Below the pieces are notes generated by a model that was not told where the DNA came from, made no database searches, and worked only from the letters and a program-made list of their open reading frames with translations. A DNA stretch of 64,000 bases from contig OZ231126.1 of assembly GCA_965153355.1 (NCBI GenBank), positions 1,302,001 through 1,366,000 of the forward strand, read 5' to 3'. The DNA is from Flaccisagitta enflata (lineage: Eukaryota). Both the position numbers and the translations under genes were made by a program. Shown piece after piece: positions 11,380 through 28,134 of this stretch; the first letter of the stretch is position 1; every line of letters begins with the position of its first letter.

Positions 11380-12900
11380 TCAACTTCATGACAAAATAGC
11401 GGCTTCTTTAAGCCGCGTCTGCCTCTCACTTCATGGCGGGACAAGTTAATCACGCAAGCGTCTTCTTCGTCGCGCATGCGGGACCCACCCACGGACCCCA
11501 CCCGCGGACTCTGCCCAATCACGTTGGGCTCACCATATTATCATCATGACGAAAATAGCGGCCTCTACAGCCGTGTCCGCCTCTCGCCTCAAGGCGAGAT
11601 AAGGTAATCACGCAAGCATCTTCTTCGTCGCGCATGCGGGGCCCACCCGCGAACCCTGCCCAATCGCTTGGAGGTATCATCATGACAAAAACAGTGGCTT
11701 CCAGAGCCGCGTCTGCCCTCCCGCTTCAACACAAGACAAGTTAATCACGCAAGCGTCTTCTTCGTCGCGCATGCAGGGCCCAAAAGCGGACCCCGCCCAA
11801 TCGCTTGGAGATATCATCATGACGAAAATAGCAGCTTCCAGAGCCGCGTCTACCCTCTAGCTTAGAGGCAAGGCAAGTTAATCACGCACGCATCCTCATT
11901 GTCGCGCATGCGGGGTCCACCCGCGGACCCCGCCCGATCGCTAGTACAACCTCATGAAAAAATAGCGGCTGCTTTAAGCCGCGTCTGCCTCTCACTTCAA
12001 GGCGGGATAAGTTACTCACGCAAGCGTCTCCATTGATGCGCATTCAGGGCCCGCCCGCGCACCCCGCCCGCGCACCCCGCCCAATCGCTTGTATCATCAT
12101 CATAACGAAAATAGCAGCTTCTACAACTGCGTCTGCTTCTTGCTTCAAACCCCGCTTCTCGCCTTTCACTCCAACCCTCTCGCTTCAAGGCGAGACAAGT
12201 TAATCACGCAAGCGTCTTCTTGGTCGAGCATGCGGGGCCCACCCGCGGACCCCGCCCAATCGCTGGAATATACCATCATGACGAAAATAGCGGCTCCCAA
12301 AGCCGCGTCTGCCCTCTCGCTTCAAGGCAAGGCAAATCAATCACGCACTCGTCCTCATAGTTGCGCTTGCGGGGCCTACCCTCGGACCCCGCCCAATCGC
12401 TTTATCATCACAATGAAAATAGCGGCTTCCGCGATCGTGTCTGCCCTCTCGCTTCAAAGCGAGACAAGTTAATCACACACGCGTCCTCATCGTCACGCAT
12501 GCAGGGCCCGCCCGCGCACCCTGCCCAATCGCTTGGAGTCATCATCATGACATATGGCGGCTTCACAGCAGCGTCTTTCATCTTCATCGCGATTCATCAG
12601 ACATAATCGGCGGCCTCCGCGGCCATCCGCCTTCTGCCTCAAGCATTCCCAGTTCGCATCAAGCATGACAAATATAAGTCACGCAGTGGGGCCCATTCAT
12701 GGACCCTGCCAACTCAATTGGATTTGTTGTCATCAAAACATAAACAGCAGCCTCAAGGGCTGCGTCCCCTTTTTGTAACAAGCTTTCGCCGTGCATGCGG
12801 GGCCCACCCGCGGACCCCGCCCTCGCTTGGAGTTTTCATCAGGATGAAAATGGCGGCGCCCACAGCCGCGTACACCTTTTCGCTTCAAAGTGACTCATCC
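11380..12900 (+). repeat. Degenerate ~135-160 bp GC-rich tandem repeat, ~10 units
   Basis: Recurring CATGACGAAAATAGCGGC...TCACGCAAGCGTC...GCATGCGGGGCCCACCCGCGGACCCCGCCCAATCGC. Confidence 0.88.
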
Positions 12901-14268
12901 ACTCACCACTCCATTCACTTGCGATCACCTTCATGAAACCTTTATGGCGGCTTCCACGTCCGCATCGCCGCTCTCGCTTCAAAGAGTGAAAGTCCACGTT
13001 GGACCCACCCGCGGTCCCTTTCCACTCACCTGTAGTCATCATCATGACATGGACGGCGGCTTCCATGGCCCCGTCGTTCTTCTCGCTTCTCGTTCCTCAT
13101 TCCTGGCTTTAAGGCGAGCTGTTAGCATCATCCTCGCCGGACCCACCTACGGACCCCACCCACTTGCATTAACTCAATGTCATTATAAACGGCGACCTCC
13201 GCCGACCTCTTGAAGCGACCTCCACTTCAAGAACAATTGACACTGCACTCGCGGCACCCACCCGCGGACCCTTCACACTTACTCGAACAACGTGACAAAC
13301 GTGACAAACAATTCTCACTCGCGGGATCCACCCGCGGTCCCCTTCACCTTCTGCGTTTCATTACAAGGTCGTCAATCGCAACTTTGTTGTAGTGGCATCA
13401 TCAGCCGCACCCACTCCTCTTACCTCCAAGCCTGTACGCCAAGATATGTCACGCACAAAAAACCAGCCCACAATCCTACTCACCTTACTTCATCGTAGCC
13501 TCTCCTTAAGCCGCGACATTCTTAGGGGCACTCACTCCTCTCCCCTCCAGGCTTAACAAGCAGAATTATCACGCGCGGGATCCACCCGCGGTCTCTAATC
13601 ATCCCTTGTGTGTCACTACATGCAAGGCAATCAACTACAACTCCTTCGGTGGCGGCAACCTGCTGTGACCACCCTTCTCCGTTTCAAGCATGATCGTCAT
13701 TCTCGCATGCAATCAAAAATCGTCACTCTCGATATTTTCCCCCGTGTCCCTAATCTCGTCAATCGCGGCTACTTCTTCCGTCGCGACTACCTACCGCATC
13801 CACTCCTCTTACCTCGAACCTAATCAAACAAGATTAGGTCATGCTCACGTAATCAGCGCTTGCACTTACTCATCTCACTCAGACACGGCAACTTCTTTGA
13901 TCACAGCGTCCTACGCCGTGCCCACTCCTCTCCCTTTCAATTATGACAAACAGGAGACGTCACAAAACATTACTCACCCGCATCCTTACTGATCCAGTTG
14001 CAGCATCTCCTTCAGCCGCTGCATCCTTAGCCGCACCGACTCTTCATCCCTTCATCGTCAAATTCAAACCTCATGCGCGAGTCCTGCCCGTGGACTCTGT
14101 CCCTCATCCGCCGTCACAACACCCTCAAAAGGGGACCTCTGCATCTGGCTATCTCTCCATCTTGCTTCTCCATCCTCTCCATCTCGCCAACTGTCATGAA
14201 AACCATCACGCAAGCAGGTTCCACCTGCGGACCCCATCGCTCCGCCGCAGTCCTCATCCTTCCCCGGT

Positions 14269-14865
14269 AGATCCCGTCATTATCGTCATAACTTCCTCAA
14301 CATGACATCCGTTGTGACATCCTCGACGTTTTCAAAGCATCGCGAGTACACACCCAAGCCTCTAAATGTATGATCCGTCACGTTACTCACGCGGGATCCA
14401 CCCGCGGATCCTTCTTCCATGGATCCCGTCATTACCGTCATAACTTCCTCGACATGACATCCGTCGTGACATCCTCGACGTTTTCAAAGCATCGCGAGTA
14501 CACACCCAAGCCTCCAAATGTATGATCCGTCACGTTACTCACGCGGGATCCACCCGCGGATCCTTCTCCCATGGATCCCGTCATTACCGTCATAACTTCC
14601 TCGACATGACATCCGTCGTGACATCCTCGACGTTTTCAAAGCATCGCGAGTACACACCCACGCCTCCAAATGTATGACCCGTCACGTTACTCACGCGGGA
14701 TCCACCCGCGGATCCTTCCCCCATGGATCCCGTCATTGCCGTCATAACTTCTTCAACATGACACCCGTCATGACATCCTCAACGTTTTCAAAGCATCGCG
14801 AGTACACACCTATGTACCCGAATGTATGATCCGTCACGTCACTCACGCGGGATCCACCCGCGGCT
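14269..14865 (+). repeat. 152-bp tandem repeat, ~4 nearly identical copies
   Basis: GCGGGATCCACCCGCGG at 14391, 14543, 14695, 14847 (period 152). Confidence 0.93.
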
Positions 14866-15912
14866 CCCTCTCCATCAAAAAACTGATACAACGCGAAACT
14901 TCTATCCGTCGTGTCACCATCCTTCCATGCGCAAAACTCGACAATTTCATATTTCTGCCTTGGTGTAGCCCGGAATGCAACGAAGACTAGAACAGACCAC
15001 GATGATCTTCAAGGTTCAACGTTCAAAATCAAGAATTTCTGCGCCTACCCCGCCCTTTCCCTCGCCCTCAATTTTTCCCCCATAATTAATATTCCATTTT
15101 GCGTTACCATTTCTTACTTGCCATTTTATTATTCTTCCCCTTTTATTCATCCCCCCTCGTTTTGCCTTTTATGCAAATATTGCCGAGATACTGCTTTTCT
15201 GTCATACTTATCAAAGTCATATCCAATCCTACTTAACCACTATGATTGCATTTTACACTGGATTCTTAAATTTGGTCTCGATTACTACTAAATTGACTTC
15301 TTTTATAAATTTACAAAAACCTTTTTATAAAAAGAGCAAATCTTCACTCAATACATCTATTTTTTTCTCCTCTTCCAAAAGTCTCAATCTTTTCATAAAT
15401 TTTCTGTTTTAAAATAAATGAATTTTTTTTAGAAAAAAAATCAAAACAAATCTTACCCTCTGTTTCTCTTAGAAACACTGATTTTATTGTGCTACCTAAA
15501 CAAGTATTATACCCATATAAAAAAAAAGAAAAAAAAGAGAAAAAAAAACAAAAAACAAAACCTTTTTCCTTTTAACAGAGTAAGCGTCGACCCACCCACC
15601 TGCTTTTCAACCCCTTCTATTTCTCAAAATACTAGCGCATCAATCATAAAAAAGTAGACCTTTACAATTCAAGAACAAGTAACCTTCTCATATCAAGAAT
15701 ATCTCTCCTTTTTTGCCTTTAACATCAGTTTCCCATTGTTACCTCTATCATCAGTTTTCAAACATCGATCAATTTATGATTAATAACAGAAATTTAGCCT
15801 TTCCTTACACATTGTTTTTACAGTCCTCTTTCCCCGCCACTCTGTTTAGCGTCCCCCCCCCCCATACATCTACATATTGATTCTTGCAGTGTACTTTTTT
15901 AGCTACTACCTT

Positions 15913-16366
15913 AGTTACTCAGATGAGAGAATCGTCTTGAAAATGGGCATTCGACGCGCATCCAGGTTTTAGCGTGAGCTCCGGCCTTCTTTTTCCAAAA
16001 CTCCCCTTTGTCTCTTGGCTCCAAATTTGGCGTTTTGAGACGGAGGGGCGCGTCTGGCCCTGAGCCCACTCAACCCCGTTCTGCGCGCGCCCGAATCCCC
16101 CCTTTTCGATACGAGTCTCTCCTCTTTTCTTCTTCTTCTACATTTTACCGGCTCAGAGCCTTTATAAGCGATGATGATTTGCTTTCTTTACGCATTCATG
16201 CCCCCCGATTCTCTGTACACGATCTTCTGGAGATTTTGCGTCATCATTTCATGAATAAACCGGACTTCAGGCCTATCTTGGTCTCCTTTCTTTTCATTTG
16301 AGTTACTCTTCTTTGAGGCTAGGATCAAATCCGTCGGACATCACGACCTCAAAAGACAGCGTAACC
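15913..16366 (+). mobile_element. Candidate LTR-like terminus of the gag-pro element
   Basis: AGTTAC...GTAAC short inverted termini, TATA-like TTTATAA (~16161) then AATAAA (~16254), abutting the insertion boundary; no polypurine tract and no partner LTR visible. Confidence 0.3.
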
Positions 16367-17156
16367 CGCTCTCTCTTTCCATGTCATGTGAAGAGATCGG
16401 CAAGGATTTGTTTTCATTTGGCCATCGCAATTTCGATTTTCTTCTGAAAACTTTTCTTGTCAATTTTGTTCTTAAGCCTTGTTTTCATCCAATTCAAGTA
16501 GCTAGTTGCGGGAGAACCTCTCGTCCATGTGTCTGTGTTTGTCCCTCTCGGGAAGCCATCGGATATAGCAGGCTTTCCCTGCAAAGGCGGTTGCGGCTAA
16601 AGTGATAGGCTGACGGCACACAGGCTACTCAAATTTCCGACAAATGCTGTCATTTTACAGAATGTTCGATGAAGACGACATTTACCATTTGAGGACCTAT
16701 CCATGTTTGAATATCTTATGTTTCTTTTTCCCAAGCAAATATTCTTCTTTTCTTTTTCATTAGTGAATTAAATATAATTCGGGTTATTACGAGGCTGTAA
16801 TCCCTGTTTTTCTTTATTTGATAGAAAAGTATTACGGTACTGCATTATGCAAATTAGATTTTATAAGCTTATCGCGTACGAGTGTGTGGGGTTAGGAGAA
16901 GGTGATGGACCATAGGAGGCCATTCGGACACTTTTGGCAGAGGCGGCGACGCAAAAAACCGGAAATCGACCGATGTGACAGTTAGCCTGGTGGACGGATG
17001 CATGCGTACGAACCAATGGGCTGTAAGTGGCTTTTAGTATAGAGTCGCGTAGCAGCGGCTGAAAATGCCGATAAGCATCGTTTTCCTTTGTTTTAGAGCC
17101 GCCACGACAAATCTAACAGACAGCAAAGCATCTCCGTTTTCGTAGTCGAGGGTTTT

Positions 17157-17352
17157 TTGTTGCGGACATGCATCTCTACAAGAGGCTTTGTCCGTCCATC
17201 CGTCCGTCCATCGGTCATTGTTATCAAGTTGAAAACTGGGAAAACAAGAGTTTTAGATACTTTCTGTGTATGTTTGAATGTGGGGGCGGGTTGGAGTGTG
17301 GATACCCCTGCCCACCCATCCGCAGCGATATTGTGACCCCGCATCACTTGTT
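17157..17352 (+). mobile_element. Short DINE-1/Helentron-associated-like element (copy at ~59167-59360)
   Basis: T-rich flanks, (GTCC)n tract, CCCCTGCCCACCC block and CTTGTT end, as at 41438, 42107 and 53405. Confidence 0.5.
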
Positions 17353-17949
17353 GGAGCGTCAATCCACTTTCTCGAAATTCGAAAACAAAAACATTTCCCC
17401 TTCAAAACTGATTGAAAAAAAAAAAGACTTTAAATTGAAGTTTTTTTTCAATTGTTTCTCTATCCCGACACACTAGAAGAGTGGCCAAGCTAGTTGCTGT
17501 CCTGGCATCAGCAAATAATGCTGAAAAGACCTTAATTCTATCATTATTCTTACTGATTGAATTTGATAAAACGTTCTTCAAAGTTCGTAATCTTGAAATC
17601 TTCATTTTAACTCGGACTGAAATGCCTTTAAATGGATTTAAAGAAAATGTTTTTTACAGAAAATAGGGCTCTAAGCCAAGTTCTACCATATATACCCAAT
17701 AAGAAAGGGTAAAATTCATCTAGATATTGAAGCAGATTCCAACTGTTAAAAGCCGAGCGGTTACAGAGCAAGTGAGCGGAGCGAGCGAACGGAGCGAGCG
17801 GAGTGAGCGAGTGAACGGCGCGAGCGAACGGAGCGAGTGAACGGAGCGAGCGACCAAGTTTCGCGTATTGAAAAGCTCTCATCTGTTAACACTAGCGCAC
17901 CATAATTCCGTTGAAATTCAGGGGAATTTAAACTTGAATTTTATGAAAA

Positions 17950-22512
<4,563 letters not shown>

Positions 22513-22847
22513 TCGAGAGAATGGACGGACAGACGGACGGACCTATTTAGAGATGATAAGCTATCAAAGAAATGGACGGATGCACATGAACATGACATGC
22601 ACATGACATGAACATTTTAGTCTCAACTGCATGCGATTTCATTTTCGATTGAACATTAGATGTATTGCATCCGTTATCAGCTTTTTGCTAGATGATAGAA
22701 ATTGAACTGATAACAATTACAATATATATGCTATTTTATGTCATTGGATTTACTGTAAATAAACACTGTTTATACCGTGTAAACGTCATTTGCTGACTCA
22801 TTACTCATGGTAGCAATCCTACGCGGCAGGCAAGCGTCAAAGCGCGG

Positions 22848-22859
22848 CAGAAAGAAGGA

Positions 22860-22910
<51 letters not shown>

Positions 22911-22921
22911 TAAAAAAGAAA

Positions 22922-23008
<87 letters not shown>

Positions 23009-23020
23009 GAAAGACAGAAA
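22848..23020. repeat. (GAAA)n microsatellite
   Basis: Direct observation. Confidence 0.95.
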
Positions 23021-23564
23021 AAGATCAACTCTCACGCCACGAACAACACTCAAACCGACAGCAACAACAACATCATGGCGGTCAACAACAACTCCGTGGC
23101 GGTTAACAGCAACAGCAACACCAACGGCAGCAACGTCCACAGCAGGAGGGGGAATCGACGACGTCAATGGCGCAAGAAATGCGTCAATTCATGGACGAAA
23201 TTAGGGACGCCCTCAGGACCAGGCGTCACACAATGTCAAGAAGAGCAAGGGGAAGTCATCAGGCGATACGCCTTACTTTTTTGGAGTAATTGAATTAGAA
23301 TTTGAATTTGAGCTATGGCTTCTTGATTGTTAAATGCAGAGCGAGTCCGAACCAAATGCAAGATTTTCTATTTTGCTTGCACTAGATTTCTACCACAGTA
23401 AATTTGACAAATTCCACGGTACCACTTGCGCAGGTCATTTCAACTTCCTCGAAACTGTTAAGGGCTTTGTGATTGTGTTCCACGATAGTGGAACACTTAA
23501 TATCCACAATTGTCTCCTTCTCCTTCTCCTTCTCCTTCTCCTTCTCCGGTATACACAATTCTCC

Positions 23565-25438
23565 ATGTCTGTCACACTTTTCCTATTTTCCTTTCACAAC
23601 CCAAAATTCTCCGATGTCTGTCACACAACCCAAGATTCTCCTATGTCTGTCACACAACCCATGATTCTCCGATGTCTGTCACACAACCCAGAGTTCACCA
23701 AATGTCTGTCACACCACCCAGTTTTTTCCGAATGTTCGTCACACAACCCAAAATTCTCCGATGTCTGTCACACAACCCAAGATACTCCGATGTCTGTCAC
23801 ACAACCCAAGATACTCCAATGTCTGTCACAAAACCTAAGATTCTCGAATGTCTGTCACACAACCCAAAATTCTCCGATGTCTGTCACACCACCCAGTTTT
23901 CTCCGAATATCCATCACACCACCCAGTATTCTCCGAATGTCCGTCACACCACCAATTTTTCTCCCATGTCTGTCATGCTAGCCAGATTTCTCCTATGTCT
24001 GTCACACAACCCAAAATCCTCCAATGTCTGTCACACAACTTAAGATTTTCGTATGTCTGTCACAAAACCTAAGATTCTCCAATGTCTGTCACACAACCCA
24101 AAATTCTCCAATGTCTGTCACACAACCCAAGATTCTCCGATGTCTGTCACAAAACATAAAATTCTCCAATGTCTGTCACACAACCCAAGATTCTCCAATG
24201 TCTGTCCCACAACCCATGATTCTCAGTTTTCTCCGATGTCTGTCACGCTAGCCAGATTTCTCCTATGTCTGTCACACAACCCATAATTTTCCAATGACTG
24301 TCACACAACCCAAGATTCTCCTATGTCTGTCAAAAAACCTAAGATTCCCCAATGTCTGTCACACAACCCAAGATTCTCCAATGTCTGTCACACAACCCAA
24401 GATTCTTCAATGTCTGTCACACAACCCAAAATTCTCCGATGTCTGTCACATAACCCAAAATTCTCCAATGTCTGCCACACAACCCAAAATTCTCCGATGT
24501 CTGTCATACAACCCCAGATTCTCCGATGTCTTTCACACAACCCAAGATTCTCCTATGTCTGTCACACAATGCAAAATTCTCTGATGTCTGTCACACAGCC
24601 CAAGATTCTCCGATGTCTGTCACATAACCCAAAATTCTCCAATGTCTGTCACACAACGCAAAATTTTTAGATGTCTGCTACACAGCCTAAGATTCTCCGA
24701 TGTCTGTCACACAACACAAAATTCTCCGATGTTTGTCACACAGCCCGCAATTTTCCGATGTCTGTCACATAACCCAAAATTCTCCGATGTCTGTCACACA
24801 ACCAAAAATTTTCGGATGTCTGTCACACAGCCCAAGATTCTCCAATGTCTGTCGCACAACCCAAGATTCGCCTATGTCTGTCACACAACCCAAAATTCTT
24901 GGATATCTGTCACACAACCCCAGATTCTCCGATGTCTGTCACACATCCCAAGATTCTCCAATGTCTGTCACACAACCCCAAATTCTCCAATGTTTGTCAC
25001 ACAACCCCAGATTCTCCGATGTCTGTCACACAACCCAAAATTCTCCGATATCTGTCACGCTACCCCAGATTCTTCAATGTCTGTCGCACAACCCAAGATT
25101 TGCCGATGTCTGTCACACAACCCAAAATTCTCGGATATCTGTCACACAACCTCAGATTCTCCGATGTCTGTCACACAACCCAAGATTCTTTAATGCCTGT
25201 CACACAACCCCAAATTCTCCAATGTTTGTCACACAACCCCAGATTCTCCGATGTCTGTCACACAACCCAAGAATCTCCAATGTTTGTCATACAACTCAAA
25301 ATTCTATGACACATACCAAAATTCTCTGATGTCTGTCACACAACCCCAAATTTTCCAATGTCTGTCACACAGCCCAAGATTCTCCGATGTCTGTCACACA
25401 ACCCAAAATTCTCTAATGTCTGTCACACAACCCCAGAC
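23565..25438 (+). repeat. 29-bp minisatellite, roughly 60-65 copies, consensus TGTCTGTCACACAACCCAARATTCTCCRA
   Basis: Head-to-tail units, no unique spacers. Confidence 0.95.
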
Positions 25439-25441
25439 TCA

Positions 25442-25489
<48 letters not shown>

Positions 25490-25494
25490 CACAC

Positions 25495-25659
25495 ACAGGC
25501 GGCAGTGGGACTGCCCACAGGCGACAGTGGGACCACCTACAGGTGGTAGTGGGACCGCCCACAGGCGGCAGTGGGACTGCCCACAGGCGGCAGTGGGGCC
25601 GCCCACAGGCGGCAGTGAGATCGCCCATGGATGGCAGTTAGGCCGCCCACAGGCGGCCA
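25495..25659 (+). repeat. 22-bp GC-rich minisatellite (ACAGGCGGCAGTGGGACTGCCC), ~7 copies, preceded by (CA)n
   Basis: Direct observation. Confidence 0.9.
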
Positions 25660-26161
25660 TTATTTACGACATAGATTTGTCTGGTTGTTATTATTATATT
25701 TCTTTTAGGAATTATTGCGTTTCTTTTTCACGCCAAATCAAGTTTTCGTGGAACACAATATGGCGAACGCCACTAGTTTGTTTTGCGATTTGCCTATTGC
25801 TGTTTAATGATTCATGAACGCCAAAAGACGTTCTTTCAATATAAAAAGAATCATTCTCATTGTAAATTATTTAATTATTTTTGTGAGCAAAGAAAGGCCC
25901 GATAATGTAATGACAGCGCAAATAAGCAAAAATGAATGATAACGTCATAGAATCGTTTTACTCCCAGTCACGATTATTTTAAGGGACAAAAATAATGGAA
26001 AAACAGCTCGTTATTGTGAGATCGGTTACCGCGTTGCATCCAGCCTTTTGGTTTCGCTCATCAAAGGGGAAACCTTGCCACGTGCTGGGGCCTCGTTTAG
26101 ACACCGGCCTGTTTCCTGGCCCCTGCCTTGGCGATTACTGAGCGGGATGGAAGATACTTGC

Positions 26162-27071
26162 TATAAATTACGCCCACGAGTTTCAACTGGCACTGTCTAT
26201 GAGCGTCTATCTGACTGACGACTTGTGGTGAAAGAAAGTTGGCCGATTGGAAAATAGGAAGGCGATCGTCTCGTTTATTCCATAAAAATTTCAACAACTG
26301 AAGAGAGGGGGAAAAATGAAAGGGAAAGTGGGCGTTAATTGTGATCAGCAAACGCAAAAGATAACATGAAATCGAGATAGGACACAATAAAGGACAGAAA
26401 CAGCACATGACAACATGTTCATCTTCTTCAGAGCCCATGCCACCTGATAATACCTGCCCCTGCCCCGGCCCATCCCATTAAATTTATCCATATCATCCCT
26501 ATAGCAAGCTGATCGGGCAAGCGATAAAAACCATACTCAAATCCGGCGATAAAAATGCAAAAGGGCAAAAGACAAAATAACAGACCGGAGGACAAAATAA
26601 AAACAACGATAATAAAAGCAAACACGCGTCTATAAAACTTACTTTTAGGCCCACTGTTGGTTTCAACCCACAGTCTGTCGAAGTCAAATTAACGTTAATT
26701 GTCCGTTCATTAGTTTATCTGCAATAAAAAGATGAGAGATTATTGAAATTAGTGAATTCCAAGGGCGCATTCAAACGATCACGAAAAATCAATCAATCAC
26801 TTTAAGAAGCAATGCCGCACATAAATAAAATCAATCAATCCAAAAATTGGATGATACGAAAGACGAGATACGTATGTTCGCCTACGTAATAAAAACAAAT
26901 GGCACAAAATACAAGGCGCAACCATATGGTTACCCATCTAGCGTTCAATATAAAAAATGGCGAGAAACAAAAGACGCGGCATTGAATAATCGAAGAAGAG
27001 AAAAAGCCAAAAGCACGCAAAAGAGACAAAAGCACACATACCTAAAGACGGACGGACATACATTTCTAACA
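26162..27071 (-). repeat. 3' LTR (last ~8 bp missing or garbled)
   Basis: Direct repeat of 38488-39392; starts TGTTAGAAAT on the minus strand. Confidence 0.9.
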
Positions 27072-27086
27072 TTCTGCCCCATTTTT
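27072..27086 (-). promoter_or_regulatory. Polypurine tract candidate
   Basis: AAAAATGGGGCAGAA immediately precedes the TG of the 3' LTR on the minus strand. Confidence 0.6.
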
Positions 27087-28134
27087 GGAATTTCACGAAT
27101 TTCAAAAATCCGACATCTAGTTTCCAGTCGGGGAAACCCTACTAAAAAACCGATACTACCTTCCTTAAAAAAAAAATTTACATAGACACAAACCCCCGCC
27201 CCTCCCCCCCCGTCCACCGCCTCTTACATCCCCACCCTAACTATCAACAGATCGACGACTGCACGAATGATGATTCCCGTCCGGAAAGGATCCACCACCA
27301 GCAATTTGCAACGATCAATGACGACGCGGATGGAGACGAGGCGGCGACGAGGAGGTTGAGGCGCCCGTTCTGAAAAAAGTTAAAGGGAAGGGGGGGGGAA
27401 AGGGGAACGGGCCTAGGAGCACTCCAAGCCTGGGATTTGACTTGAGAGTGGAAAATGATAAGTGGGGGCATACTACTAAAACATGTCATACGAAAGTATT
27501 CGTAATAATGACTAAAAAGACCATGTCTAAAACAAACACAACAAATTTACATGTTCCAAGGAACCAAACAAAACAAGACAAAATAAATAAGTTACTAACT
27601 ATATATAAAAACGAATCTGTAAGGTAAAAACAAATTAGTAAGTATCATGGAACGACCACATCACCTGCGCCTTCTCCATTACAGAGACGAGCGGATCATT
27701 CCGGAAGCTCCAACACCTCGTCAATCCGTGGGCGAAAGGCGATAAATGATGTCGTCAACGGCGACCGCATCGAAAGGCGCAGGTGGTGCAGCCGTCTGAG
27801 AATGTATCCTCCCCGAAGGGAAGAAAAGGAAAGAGAAAAAATGGGGGCAGATTGATTAGTAAAGTTCTTATCGTACACAGATTCAAATTTACAACAAAAA
27901 CTCAACCTCAACCCTTCCCAAACCATGAAACTTACGCGGGCGTTTTTCGCCAGGCCCCGGGGCGGACGTCATTCCCACGCCCCGGGTAGCGCCCCCGACT
28001 TGGCCGGCCTGTCCATCGATGGGATGAGGATGCGAAGGTGGAATACGATCCTCAGCGAATGGCGGCGCTCTCCACGCCATGTTGCAAATTGGTAGTTAAG
28101 TTGAACAGCAACTGGGCGTGGCACCAATCAGCGT

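Larger units (their letters stand above)
4422..16366 (+). mobile_element. Probable non-autonomous LTR-type retroelement (gag-pro only) with long repeat-containing 3' region
   Basis: gag/pro ORFs; the right end coincides with the point where homology to the inverted duplicate (~60140) stops, at a (TC)n tract; left end hidden by the gap; unity of the whole span is inferred. Confidence 0.5.

Noticed and set aside
9510-14870. Palindromic-core array as CRISPR-like repeat-spacer locus or hammerhead ribozyme array
   Set aside because: Intervening sequences are largely homologous to each other, and no CUGANGA/GAAA core with correct stems was found
23565-25438. 29-bp array as a CRISPR array or repeat-protein gene
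   Set aside because: Units are head-to-tail with no unique spacers, no cas genes, eukaryotic context; ORFs appear in all three frames only because the unit lacks stops
26040-26075. Minimal hammerhead-like motif TTGATGAGCGAAAC on the minus strand
   Set aside because: Lacks the conserved C and cannot form stem I; explained as a simple GGTTTC/GAAACC hairpin
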